Of a DNA stretch of 64,000 bases, positions 9,995 to 18,690 are shown in pieces (the stretch's first letter is position 1; every line of letters begins with the position of its first letter). The stretch is taken from contig CAJOMF010000001.1 of NCBI GenBank assembly GCA_905235605.1, positions 6,967-70,966 of the forward strand. Reading direction: 5' to 3'. The notes under the pieces are model-generated. The model saw only the letters and a list, made by a program, of their open reading frames with translations. It searched no databases and was not told where the DNA came from. This stretch comes from an uncultured bacterium (lineage in GTDB: Bacteria; UBP6; UBA1177). Both the position numbers and the translations under genes were made by a program.

Positions 9995-10705
9995 TCAGCA
10001 ACCGCTTTTTTTCAATTCTGCTTCCGCATACTCAAGCTCTTCGGGAGTGTCGATTTCGTACCAGGTCATGTCATCGGAATTTATGATCGACGGCTGGAAT
10101 CCGTCATCGATAAGCTGCTGGATAACCATTTCTACGACAGCTTTTTCTTTTGCATTTTCCGCTGTTTTTGCAGCCGCAATGCGGTATTGCTGCCAGAAAT
10201 CCTTTGTTATGAATGACATTCCGATGTATCCTGCGTTCCAAACGGTCAGTTTTTTCGATATTTTTTCAACTTTTCCGTTGTTTACGAAGACTTTCATGTC
10301 ATCGTCTGTGAGTTTTCTGCATGTATCGGCAAAGATCGCGTAATTTTTTACTTTTTCAAATTCGCTTCCGACTCTTTTTGCAAAAGATGCCGGATAAATG
10401 TGATCAACATTCATGATGAGCGTGTCTTTGCCGAAAAATTCCTCAGCCGCAAGAAGAGAGTAGAGATTCTGCTCTTTATATCTAGTGTTTTCGATAAGCG
10501 TAACGTCTGAAAAATGTTCCGAACAGAACTCTTTCATTTCCGGAAAGTGATAGCCGCCGATGACGACCGTCCTTTCGGGATCGAAGTTTCTTGTCCATTC
10601 ATACTGATACTGAAGCATCGTTTTGCCGCATACCGGAACGAGTGCTTTGGGAAGCCCTTTGCCGAGGCGCGAGCCTAAACCGGCCGCTAAAATGATTATC
10701 TGCAT
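9995..10705 (-). CDS. Sugar/alcohol-phosphate cytidylyltransferase (LicC/IPCT-like NTP transferase)
   Basis: IILAAGLGSRLG..PKAL, DDMKV, WYEIDTPEEL. Confidence 0.9.
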   Translation of the reverse strand: MQIIILAAGLGSRLGKGLPKALVPVCGKTMLQYQYEWTRNFDPERTVVIGGYHFPEMKEFCSEHFSDVTLIENTRYKEQNLYSLLAAEEFFGKDTLIMNVDHIYPASFAKRVGSEFEKVKNYAIFADTCRKLTDDDMKVFVNNGKVEKISKKLTVWNAGYIGMSFITKDFWQQYRIAAAKTAENAKEKAVVEMVIQQLIDDGFQPSIINSDDMTWYEIDTPEELEYAEAELKKSGC

Positions 10706-11361
10706 TCTTTGTACTCCTTGAACATGTCGAAAATCTGAGATATTTTGTCAACACACATGATATCGGGAAATTTTTCCAGAAATTCTTCCTTGGTCCTTAT
10801 CGCAAGGCGTCCGATGAACGGAATTCCGAGTTCTTTCGCAACTTCGCCGTCATGGAGCGAATCTCCGACAAAAATCATGTTTTCCTTAGGGATCTGAAAG
10901 TGTTCTATGACATAGTTAAGATGCGCTTTTCCTTTTGCAAAGCCGTCTCGGTAGCCTAAGATCTCATCAAATGCGAATTCCGGCTGCTGGGCAAAGTAAC
11001 GCTGCACGAAATCGAAGTAATTGTTTGAAGAAACTACTGTTTTTATTCCGATTTTCCGCAGATTTCTTATCGCTCCGAGAGTGTCTTCAGTCGGTCTCAT
11101 GTTGAAAAAAATGTCGAGTTTGCGCCTTTCGAATTCTTTCTGCACTTCAAAATTTCTTGAATCTTCCGGAAACATGACTTCGAGCTGGCATTTGAAGGGA
11201 ATTCCGCTGGTCGTGATGTAGTTGCGCCGCGCCTGCGGAAAAGGAACGCCGTAATCGCGCTCGATCAGCTCTCCGGCGAGGTCGGCAAAACCTTCCATCG
11301 TGTTGATAAGCGTACCGTCAAGATCAAAGAGAATAACTTTCGGAAAAGCATAAAAACGCAT
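10696..11361 (-). CDS. HAD-superfamily phosphatase
   Basis: FDLDGT motif I, VVSSN motif II, KGK, FVGDSLHD motif IV. Confidence 0.9.
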   Translation of the reverse strand: MRFYAFPKVILFDLDGTLINTMEGFADLAGELIERDYGVPFPQARRNYITTSGIPFKCQLEVMFPEDSRNFEVQKEFERRKLDIFFNMRPTEDTLGAIRNLRKIGIKTVVSSNNYFDFVQRYFAQQPEFAFDEILGYRDGFAKGKAHLNYVIEHFQIPKENMIFVGDSLHDGEVAKELGIPFIGRLAIRTKEEFLEKFPDIMCVDKISQIFDMFKEYKECR

Positions 11362-11394
11362 GAGAACCTGTGTAATAAGCCAATAAAGCGCACT

Positions 11395-11422
11395 ATTATA
11401 ATTATTTGTTGCAAAGTGTCAA
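11395..11422 (-). promoter_or_regulatory. Sigma70-like promoter of the HAD-NTase-GT4-CDP-alcohol operon (TTGACA-16-TATAAT)
   Basis: Perfect hexamers on the minus strand: TTGACA 11422-11417, TATAAT 11400-11395. Confidence 0.75.
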
Positions 11423-11435
11423 AAAAGGATTCGCT

Positions 11436-11460
11436 GTAGAGACGTTTCATGAAACGTCTT
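11436..11460. repeat. GTAG-headed REP-like hairpin (intergenic copy)
   Basis: GTAG overlapping the perfect 20-bp palindrome AGACGTTTCATGAAACGTCT, immediately past the peptidase stop. Confidence 0.7.
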
Positions 11461-11465
11461 ATTCA

Positions 11466-13589
11466 TTATTCCACGCCGAGCATTTTAAGGAAGAAACCGA
11501 TTTCCATTGCAGATTCTTTGATACGCGCCTGCATTGATTTGCCCTGACCGTGGCCCGCTTTGGTCTCGACCCAGAGGAATATCGGATTGTTGGATTTGTT
11601 TTCGTACTGAAGGGCTGCAGCCATCTTCTTTGCATGCATCGGGTGCACTCTCGAATCGTGCTCGCCTGCGGTGAGAAGGACTGCCGGGAATCTTCCGTCT
11701 TTTTTGATGTTCTGATAAGGCGAGTATTTGAGGATGTACTCGAACTGCGCCTTGTCGTCGCTTGAGCCGTATTCGCTCACCCAGTATCTTCCGATGAGGA
11801 ATTTGTGGAAACGGAGCATGTCGAGCAGGGGGACTGCAACTACAGCCGCTTTGAAAAGCTCTCCGTACTGAGTGACCATGGCTCCTGTGAGAAGTCCGCC
11901 GTTGCTGCCGCCCCAGATAGCGAGTTTTTCGGGGTTCGTGTATTTTTCATCGGCAAGATATTTCATCGCGTATGCGAAATCGTCGAAAGTATTCTGTTTC
12001 TTGTCGAGCATTCCGGCTCTGTGCCACTTTTCGCCGTATTCACCGCCGCCGCGGATGTTTGCGATCGCCATGATGCCGCCGGTTTCGATCCAGACTGCGT
12101 TAACTGCCGAGAAATACATCGGGTAGTTTACGTTGAAACCGCCGTAACCGCGCAAAAATGTGTGGTTTTTGCCGTTTTTCTCGAGGCCTCTTTTGTAGAT
12201 TATGAACATCGGGATCTTTGTGCCGTCTTTCGAGGTGTAGAAGACCTGTTCGGTGACGATGTCGTCAGTTTTTACAGGCACTTCAGCCTGCCAGAGCTGC
12301 TTCATTCCTGCTTCTTCGGTATATTCGTAGATCGCCGGCGGGAATGCGAAAGACGAGAACGCAACATAAATTTCTTTGTTTACCGGATCGGAGATGAATT
12401 CCGCGCTTCCGAGAGCGGGAAGGGGAATCTCACGCTCGTTTTTGCCTTCAAGGTCGTAAATGCTGAGTTTGCTTGCGACGTCGTGCATCTTGGAAACGAC
12501 GATCCTGCCGTTTGAGATCGAGAAAAATTCGATGACATCCTTTTCGTGTTCGGGAACGGCTGTTGTCCATTCAAGCGTTTCGCAGTTCAATTTCTCGATT
12601 TTCCAGTTAAGTGCGCCGTCCTTGTCGGTCTTGAGAAAAGCGTATCCGCCGTAGACTTCGCCTTCGTAGATGTTGTCGTAGTTGTCAACGACTTTTTTCG
12701 TCTCTTTCGTGCTTGTGTTGTAAAGCGCGAGTTTCGCTTTTCCGCTTGAACCCTGATATTCGGTGAGAAGCAGCCAGAGCCCTTTTTCGTCAAGCGAACT
12801 GACGAGGATCGCCTCTTTTATCGAGCTTTTCGCGATGATTTCGTCATTTTCCGCATCAGTACCTATTTTGTGGAAGCGGACGCTCTGCTCGGTATCGATC
12901 TCGCCCGCGTGGTTGCCGTCAAGTTTTCTCGTGTAGTAAAAACCGCTTTCATCTGGAAGCCAGCCGACTGAAGCGTAGCGGCAGCCGTCGATCGGTTTGT
13001 CTGCTTCAGCGCCCGAATCGGTGTCGAGAAGGTGAAGGACTGACTGCTCCGAGCCGTTCTCGCTGAGGCCGTATGCGATGTATTTCCCGTTTGGAGACGC
13101 ATACCACCAGTCCATCGCGGTCGTTCCGTTCTTATCGATCGTGTTCGGGTTGATGAGCTCTTTTTTAGTGCCGTCAGCAAGCTGCATCATAAGGACCGGC
13201 TGGTTCTGCAGGCCTGTCTGATAGCGGAAAAACAACTTGTCTCCGCGTTTTACCGGCGGCAGCATTTTGTCGTAATTCCAGACTTCACCGAGTCTTTTTT
13301 CGATTTTCGGAGTCTGCGCCCACGAAAAAATCGTCTTTTCGGTAAGTTCGTTCTGAGCCGCAGTCCACTTCTGAACATCTTCAGAATCGTTGTTTTCAAG
13401 ATGACGGTAGTAATCTTCGACTTTTGTGCCGAAGTATTCGTCCGTCACAAGTTTTCGCTTCGTTTCGGGGTAGTTCCAGTTTACCTGCTGCTGTTCCTGC
13501 TTCACAGGGCTTTCCTCCTCTTTTTTAGTTTTCGTGCATCCGGCTAAAATTGCCAGTAAAATCAATGTGATAACTGAGATTTTCTTCAT
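11466..13589 (-). CDS. Prolyl oligopeptidase (S9A), lipoprotein
   Basis: GGAGG RBS, ATG 13589, lipobox LAGC; DYYRHLEN, GYGGFN, WGGSNGG nucleophile, HDSRV, AGHG. Confidence 0.95.
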   Translation of the reverse strand: MKKISVITLILLAILAGCTKTKKEEESPVKQEQQQVNWNYPETKRKLVTDEYFGTKVEDYYRHLENNDSEDVQKWTAAQNELTEKTIFSWAQTPKIEKRLGEVWNYDKMLPPVKRGDKLFFRYQTGLQNQPVLMMQLADGTKKELINPNTIDKNGTTAMDWWYASPNGKYIAYGLSENGSEQSVLHLLDTDSGAEADKPIDGCRYASVGWLPDESGFYYTRKLDGNHAGEIDTEQSVRFHKIGTDAENDEIIAKSSIKEAILVSSLDEKGLWLLLTEYQGSSGKAKLALYNTSTKETKKVVDNYDNIYEGEVYGGYAFLKTDKDGALNWKIEKLNCETLEWTTAVPEHEKDVIEFFSISNGRIVVSKMHDVASKLSIYDLEGKNEREIPLPALGSAEFISDPVNKEIYVAFSSFAFPPAIYEYTEEAGMKQLWQAEVPVKTDDIVTEQVFYTSKDGTKIPMFIIYKRGLEKNGKNHTFLRGYGGFNVNYPMYFSAVNAVWIETGGIMAIANIRGGGEYGEKWHRAGMLDKKQNTFDDFAYAMKYLADEKYTNPEKLAIWGGSNGGLLTGAMVTQYGELFKAAVVAVPLLDMLRFHKFLIGRYWVSEYGSSDDKAQFEYILKYSPYQNIKKDGRFPAVLLTAGEHDSRVHPMHAKKMAAALQYENKSNNPIFLWVETKAGHGQGKSMQARIKESAMEIGFFLKMLGVE

Positions 13590-13619
13590 TTTTTGCCTCC
13601 CAAAAATCAAAAACGCGGA

Positions 13620-13647
13620 ATTGTATTGGAAAATATGAAAAGTGCAA
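13620..13647 (-). promoter_or_regulatory. Sigma70-like promoter of the prolyl oligopeptidase (TTGCAC-16-TACAAT)
   Basis: TTGCAC 13647-13642, TACAAT 13625-13620. Confidence 0.5.
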
Positions 13648-13692
13648 AATTTTAGGATAGAGTGAAAATCGGCTTTTTTTAAGATTTTAGGA

Positions 13693-15165
13693 TTATTGCG
13701 GATCGCAGGCAATCCATTCTTCGTCGTCGGAAATATTACCGCCGTAATCGGGAGTCGCTTTGTAACTGTAAAGTGTTGCGGAACCTTCGAGAGAGATCGT
13801 AGTTGCTCCGAGTTCCCAGCTGATATCATTTATTTTGATGCTGCCGATGCCGAAAGCGTGGTCGCATACAGTTCCGTCGCTCTTTGTTCCTTTTACAAAA
13901 ATCCTTGCTTCAGTCGTCCACTCACCCAGACCGAGAGTGTAGTCTAAGCCGGGTTCTGTAATGGTTGTTACAAGGTGTACTGACGGATATTTGACTTCTG
14001 TACCCTGGTAAGTCTGAACGAATGTAATGTTTTCTGTATCCGGTGCATCTTTGAAATGTGAGATTTGTGCGTATGAGAAAACTTTGTCTGCCGCTGATGG
14101 ATTAATTACAGAAATGTCATTGTTGTTACCGAATGTTCCTGTAACGAAAGTATCCATAATTACATATTCATTACTGATGGTGATCTTGTCATCTTCCGAT
14201 TGCGGTTCTTGATGGAGATAAGGGAATGTTCCGCTGATTGTTACTTCACCGTAAGGGACTGCATAATTCGGGTCGTTGACCATGCCGCAGGTTTCTTCCT
14301 GTTCCAGACAGTGCTCGTAATAGCAGCGGTAGTTGCCGTTGCAGTTGTTTGCTTCGTCACATGCAATAAGATCGTTGTACTGTTCTCTTGCAACAGCGGT
14401 GCTGTTTATATAACAGTTGCCGATGCAGGTGGAGTTTGTTTCATAACAATTGTCCGTGCAAGCCCGGATGTCCGCACATGTTTCCTGCTTGTCGGAAGTG
14501 TCGGTTGCATTTATGCCGGCAGATACGATCTCTATGCATGAACCGTCTTCATCAGCAAGTTTTGCGGAAATTGCTGCACTTATTGCAAAAGTTTCAGGAT
14601 CATAGCTGCTGACAGTGATCGTTCCGCTTTCCTGGAGATATTCCTTCTGAGTGCTTTCGCCGTAATCTTGGATGATAGTCAGGACCGCCTGATCAGAAGA
14701 AAGATCGTAGGAAGTCGTTGTTTCGATATTTTTAAGTTCAAGGGTAACCAGATCGAAAATAGTGTGGTCACCTAAAAATCCGCTTTGTACCTGTCCAAGG
14801 TATTGACCTTTGAGGTATATAAAAAAGTTCGGGTTGAGATAAACTCTGGTGCATCCTTCAGGAACGACCGGGTCAGTCGGATCGGTCGGATCAGTCGGAT
14901 CGGTCGGATCAGTCGGGTCAGTCGGATCGGTCGGATCAGCCGGATCGGTCGGATCAGTCGGATCATCAGTATTGGTCGGGTCATCAGGATTTGCCGGGTC
15001 ATCAGGATTTGTCTGATCGTCGGTTGAATCAGGATTTTCAGTATCAGGGTTGTCGGTATCAGTGGTGCCAGTGTCAGGAATGTCGAGTTCATCAAGTTTT
15101 TTGTCGCTGCAGCCGGTGAAAGCAAAAAGTGCAAAAATTACAAAAATCAAAGAGACTTTTTTCAT
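13693..15165 (-). CDS. Surface lipoprotein with PTD-repeat stalk and 10-Cys module
   Basis: Lipobox FTGC, (DPT)n linker, CADIRACTDNC... module. Confidence 0.85.
   Translation of the reverse strand: MKKVSLIFVIFALFAFTGCSDKKLDELDIPDTGTTDTDNPDTENPDSTDDQTNPDDPANPDDPTNTDDPTDPTDPADPTDPTDPTDPTDPTDPTDPTDPVVPEGCTRVYLNPNFFIYLKGQYLGQVQSGFLGDHTIFDLVTLELKNIETTTSYDLSSDQAVLTIIQDYGESTQKEYLQESGTITVSSYDPETFAISAAISAKLADEDGSCIEIVSAGINATDTSDKQETCADIRACTDNCYETNSTCIGNCYINSTAVAREQYNDLIACDEANNCNGNYRCYYEHCLEQEETCGMVNDPNYAVPYGEVTISGTFPYLHQEPQSEDDKITISNEYVIMDTFVTGTFGNNNDISVINPSAADKVFSYAQISHFKDAPDTENITFVQTYQGTEVKYPSVHLVTTITEPGLDYTLGLGEWTTEARIFVKGTKSDGTVCDHAFGIGSIKINDISWELGATTISLEGSATLYSYKATPDYGGNISDDEEWIACDPQ
14869..14967. 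repeat. Coding 9-bp tandem repeat (CGGATCRGT-like x11) encoding DPT/DPA
   Basis: 11 consecutive 9-mers in the lipoprotein linker. Confidence 0.9.
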
Positions 15166-15318
15166 AACTCTACCTCAAAAGAAATTAGCAAAAAACAAAC
15201 GATTTTAGTGAAAAATCGAAAAAAAAGCAACCCGTTTTCTGCAAAATGTCTATTTTTTGACATTTTTTCGGGAGAGCTTATAAATAACGGTCTTAATTTT
15301 TTGATAAAGGAGAGAAAA

Positions 15319-16323
15319 ATGGCAAAATTGCTCGACACCGTTTTACTGCTGGCTCTTCCCGCTTCGGGAAAGTCGGAAGTCCGCAGATTTATGGAACACC
15401 TCACCAAAGAACAGTGCGAAAACGACATGCACATGGGCGAGACGCTCCAGCTTGACGATTATCCTTACGTTCACTTCATGCACAGGATCGACGACGAGCT
15501 CGAAAAACTCGGCTGGCACTACATTTTCTACAAAGGTGCGACGCGTCCTTTCAAAGACCAGATGGAGTGGTCTACTTTGATCGAACTTCTCAATCAGGAT
15601 TACGAAGACCTCGTAAATTCGACGGTTATCGATGTTCCGTCGGCGGCTCAGTGGCTTTTCGAAAGGATGGACAATGCCCGCGCAAAGTTTGCACTTGGTC
15701 GCGAATTCGGAAAGATCCCGTGGGACATCAGGATCGCTGCAGGAAAGGCGATAGAAGCGGAAGTTGCTGAATTTCTTAAAGAAAAGAATGCAACGGCTGC
15801 GGCAGACAAAACGAATAAGACGATCGTCATCGAACTTGCACGCGGCGGTGCGAACGGTGCGGCAATGCCGCTTACGCCTCCGGAAGGATATGCTGCTTCT
15901 TTTGATACGTTCTCTGAACATATCTTAAACAGATCTTCCATACTTTACGTTTGGGTAACTCCTGAAGAAAGCAGAAGAAAGAACTACGAACGTGCTAAAC
16001 CGAACGGCGAAAGCTCTATCCTCAACCACGGTGTTCCGCTTGAAGTCATGCTCAGCGAATACGGCTGCGACGATATGGCTTATCTCATCGAAACGAGCGA
16101 CAAGCCCAACACGGTCAAAGTCGAGCGCACAGTCACTGTCAAAAAGGACGGGAAAGATGTTTTCGCGACCAAAAAATGGAATATTCCGGTCGCAAGATTC
16201 GACAACCGCGAAGACCTTACGACTTTCATCCGCAAAGATCCGAAAGAGTGGGGAAAGGAAGAGTACGAAAAGATGTACAAAGGTCTTTCCGACGCAATGA
16301 AAACTCTTGCTGAACTTTCGTAA
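15319..16323 (+). CDS. Uncharacterised P-loop NTPase (nucleotide-kinase-like)
   Basis: AGGAG RBS and ATG 15319; N-terminal LLALPASGKSE Walker A, IVIELARG; no further assignment possible. Confidence 0.7.
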   Translation: MAKLLDTVLLLALPASGKSEVRRFMEHLTKEQCENDMHMGETLQLDDYPYVHFMHRIDDELEKLGWHYIFYKGATRPFKDQMEWSTLIELLNQDYEDLVNSTVIDVPSAAQWLFERMDNARAKFALGREFGKIPWDIRIAAGKAIEAEVAEFLKEKNATAAADKTNKTIVIELARGGANGAAMPLTPPEGYAASFDTFSEHILNRSSILYVWVTPEESRRKNYERAKPNGESSILNHGVPLEVMLSEYGCDDMAYLIETSDKPNTVKVERTVTVKKDGKDVFATKKWNIPVARFDNREDLTTFIRKDPKEWGKEEYEKMYKGLSDAMKTLAELS

Positions 16324-16360
16324 ACTGTAATAATTTTAGTGTCTTAACTTTTTAAAAATC

Positions 16361-17230
16361 ATGCTTTACTTCATTTTAACTCTGCTTATTTTCGCTTCAC
16401 TTGAAGTTGTCTCCAAACCGCTCATGCCATACATCGACCCGTTCGCACTCACTTTCTGGCGGTTTTTCATGGGGTTCGTCTTTTTCCTGCTTTATCCCGG
16501 CATGAAAAAACGTTTCGCCGAGATAAAAAATTTCTCGAAAAGCGACTGGTTTTTCCTGTTTATGCTCGGTTTTCTGAACGCTTTCGTCTCTATGAGCCTG
16601 CTTCAGCTCGCAGTCCGCGAAAGCACTCCGGCGACTGCGGCTGCGATTTTCTGCTCGAACCCGCTTTTCGTCATGATAATCTCTTCGATCGCAGGTTACG
16701 AAAAGATCAGCGCGAGAAAGATCATCGGGCTGCTTATCGGTGTTGCCGCGATTTTTGTAATCATGTGGGAAAAAGGCTTTAAGCTGAACTACGGCGCGCT
16801 CTATGCAGTCTCTGCTGCCGTTATTTTTGCGGGATTTACGGTCCTCAGCAAGAAAACAGTCTCCAAGATCAAGCCGTTTTCGGTAAATTTAGTGTCATTT
16901 TTCTTCGGGATAGTCTCACTCTCGGTCTTTATGGTGCTCACCGGAACGAGTTTTGCGCTTGATCCTGTTTTCTTTAAAGATTACGCAAAACTGATCGCCT
17001 TTGTCTATCTCGGTTTCATTGTTACCGGCCTGGGTTATGTAACTTTTTTGGCGACGATCAAGAAATATTCTCCGGTCAGTTCGTCGCTTATTTTCATGCT
17101 CAAACCGGCAGTTGCATCAGTTTTTGCAGTCGTTTTTCTCAGTGAAAAACTTTCGGCATATTTCATCGCCGGATTCGTAATGCTCCTGCTCGGAACCGGC
17201 GCGATAGTTTCTGAAAAAATCTGGAAGTAA
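16361..17230 (+). CDS. EamA/DMT family transporter
   Basis: About 10 TM segments in two repeats; LTFWRF, AIFCSNPLFV, LIFMLKPAVA. Confidence 0.9.
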   Translation: MLYFILTLLIFASLEVVSKPLMPYIDPFALTFWRFFMGFVFFLLYPGMKKRFAEIKNFSKSDWFFLFMLGFLNAFVSMSLLQLAVRESTPATAAAIFCSNPLFVMIISSIAGYEKISARKIIGLLIGVAAIFVIMWEKGFKLNYGALYAVSAAVIFAGFTVLSKKTVSKIKPFSVNLVSFFFGIVSLSVFMVLTGTSFALDPVFFKDYAKLIAFVYLGFIVTGLGYVTFLATIKKYSPVSSSLIFMLKPAVASVFAVVFLSEKLSAYFIAGFVMLLLGTGAIVSEKIWK

Positions 17231-17237
17231 AGTCAGT

Positions 17238-18533
17238 CTATTCGCCTCTGCGGACGCAGCGGACGATATCTGAATTGGATTTGCCGCCGAAATTTACGAT
17301 GCCGTCATAGAAGGTGACATACCATGCGTTTTTCCAGTCATCGGAGGTCGGACTCTTTTTCGCATCACTTGAGGATGTGCGGAAGGAGCGGTTCGGCATC
17401 TCCGGGAAATCTGAGGCAGGGTGGTATTTTGCGTAGTTTGCGAGTGTCGCAAGTTCGTTTTTGTTGGGAAGTCTCCAGTCGGAAAATCCTGCATATTCAA
17501 GGTTTTCGCAGGTGGAAAGGGCGTCTGCGAATTTTTTTACGCTGTCTTTGTAGGTTTTCTGCCAGATGAGACCTGTGACTGAATCTTTGACGATCTCTTC
17601 TTCGCCGATTTTTTCTGTTTCAAACTCTCCGTCAGGCAGAGGTGTGCCGCGGACGCAGCGGACATGCATTTTTTCACTTTCGGTCTTGGCTTTGTGGCTT
17701 AAAAAGCCTTTGTCGAAGCGGACGAACCACGCTTTGTTCTGATCTGCCTCGGCAGTCGAAACGAAATCGGCGGAAGTCCAGAACCATTCATCCGGCGTTT
17801 CGGGAAAATATTCTGTGTTTACTGCCGGATCAGATTTTCCGTTGTCAACGATCGAAAGGAGTTCCTTCGGTGTCGGAAGCCGCCAGCCGTAACTTCCGGC
17901 ATATTCTTGTCCGCAGTAATTTGTGGCACTCTGCCAGTCAAATTCGCCTTCAGGAATCTTCTGCTGCCATTCAAGCTTGAGGTTTTCGTCAAAGACGATT
18001 TTTTCGTCTCCCAAGCCTTTGACCGTGAATTTCTGCGGAATGCATTCGCCTTTTTTTGCATACTGCGCATCCTGGCCGAAGAACGCTTCGCCTTCATCCG
18101 GGCAGGCGATTTCGGCTGTTTCGCTGTAGCATTTGGTCTCGCCGGTGCAGATGTTGCCGAAAACGGCGGGTATGCCGGGTATCACGATGCCGGTATCTTC
18201 GTCGTCAGTCATGTCGGGATCATCGGTAGGATCGGGGTCGTTATCGTTTTCCGGGATATCGATATCGGATATAACGATATCGTCGGCATCGTTTTCCGGA
18301 TCGGTGGTGCCGGGATCGTCTGAATCATTGTTTTCCGAGATATCGATATCGTCTTTGTCATCGTGGTTGTCGGCATCGTTTTCCGATGTATCGATATCGG
18401 ATATAACGATATCATCGTGATCTTCGTTTTCTGACCCGGTGTCAGTCAGTTCTTCCCCGTCATCTTTAGACGAACAGGAAAGAACAAAAAAAGCTGATAA
18501 AACCAGAATGAAAAGCAGATTGAATTTTTTCAT
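17238..18533 (-). CDS. Lipoprotein with two DUF1566 (Lcl C-terminal) domains
   Basis: Lipobox VLSC, acidic linker, two D..(T)GL.WQ...W..A..YC...GWRLP..(K/N)EL...VRCVR domains. Confidence 0.9.
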   Translation of the reverse strand: MKKFNLLFILVLSAFFVLSCSSKDDGEELTDTGSENEDHDDIVISDIDTSENDADNHDDKDDIDISENNDSDDPGTTDPENDADDIVISDIDIPENDNDPDPTDDPDMTDDEDTGIVIPGIPAVFGNICTGETKCYSETAEIACPDEGEAFFGQDAQYAKKGECIPQKFTVKGLGDEKIVFDENLKLEWQQKIPEGEFDWQSATNYCGQEYAGSYGWRLPTPKELLSIVDNGKSDPAVNTEYFPETPDEWFWTSADFVSTAEADQNKAWFVRFDKGFLSHKAKTESEKMHVRCVRGTPLPDGEFETEKIGEEEIVKDSVTGLIWQKTYKDSVKKFADALSTCENLEYAGFSDWRLPNKNELATLANYAKYHPASDFPEMPNRSFRTSSSDAKKSPTSDDWKNAWYVTFYDGIVNFGGKSNSDIVRCVRRGE

Positions 18534-18628
18534 AAGTTTGCCTCCATAACAAAAACTTCTTCCGATTTCGGGCTTATACAGAAGTGATTTTTCAAAGTAA
18601 AGGAAAAAACGATTAAGACAGCGGATTT

Positions 18629-18656
18629 TTGCGACTATTTCAAAAATAACTATAAT
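18629..18656 (+). promoter_or_regulatory. Sigma70-like promoter (TTGCGA-16-TATAAT)
   Basis: 35 nt upstream of the ATG at 18691. Confidence 0.55.
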
Positions 18657-18690
18657 CAGCTGTTTTTGTGTTTATCGAAGGGGTGAAACT

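Noticed and set aside
14869-14967. GATC-rich 9-bp repeat as a member of the octamer family or an oriC-like GATC cluster
   Set aside because: The period is 9 and it is fully explained by DPT codons in a lipoprotein stalk; no DnaA-box cluster was noticed.
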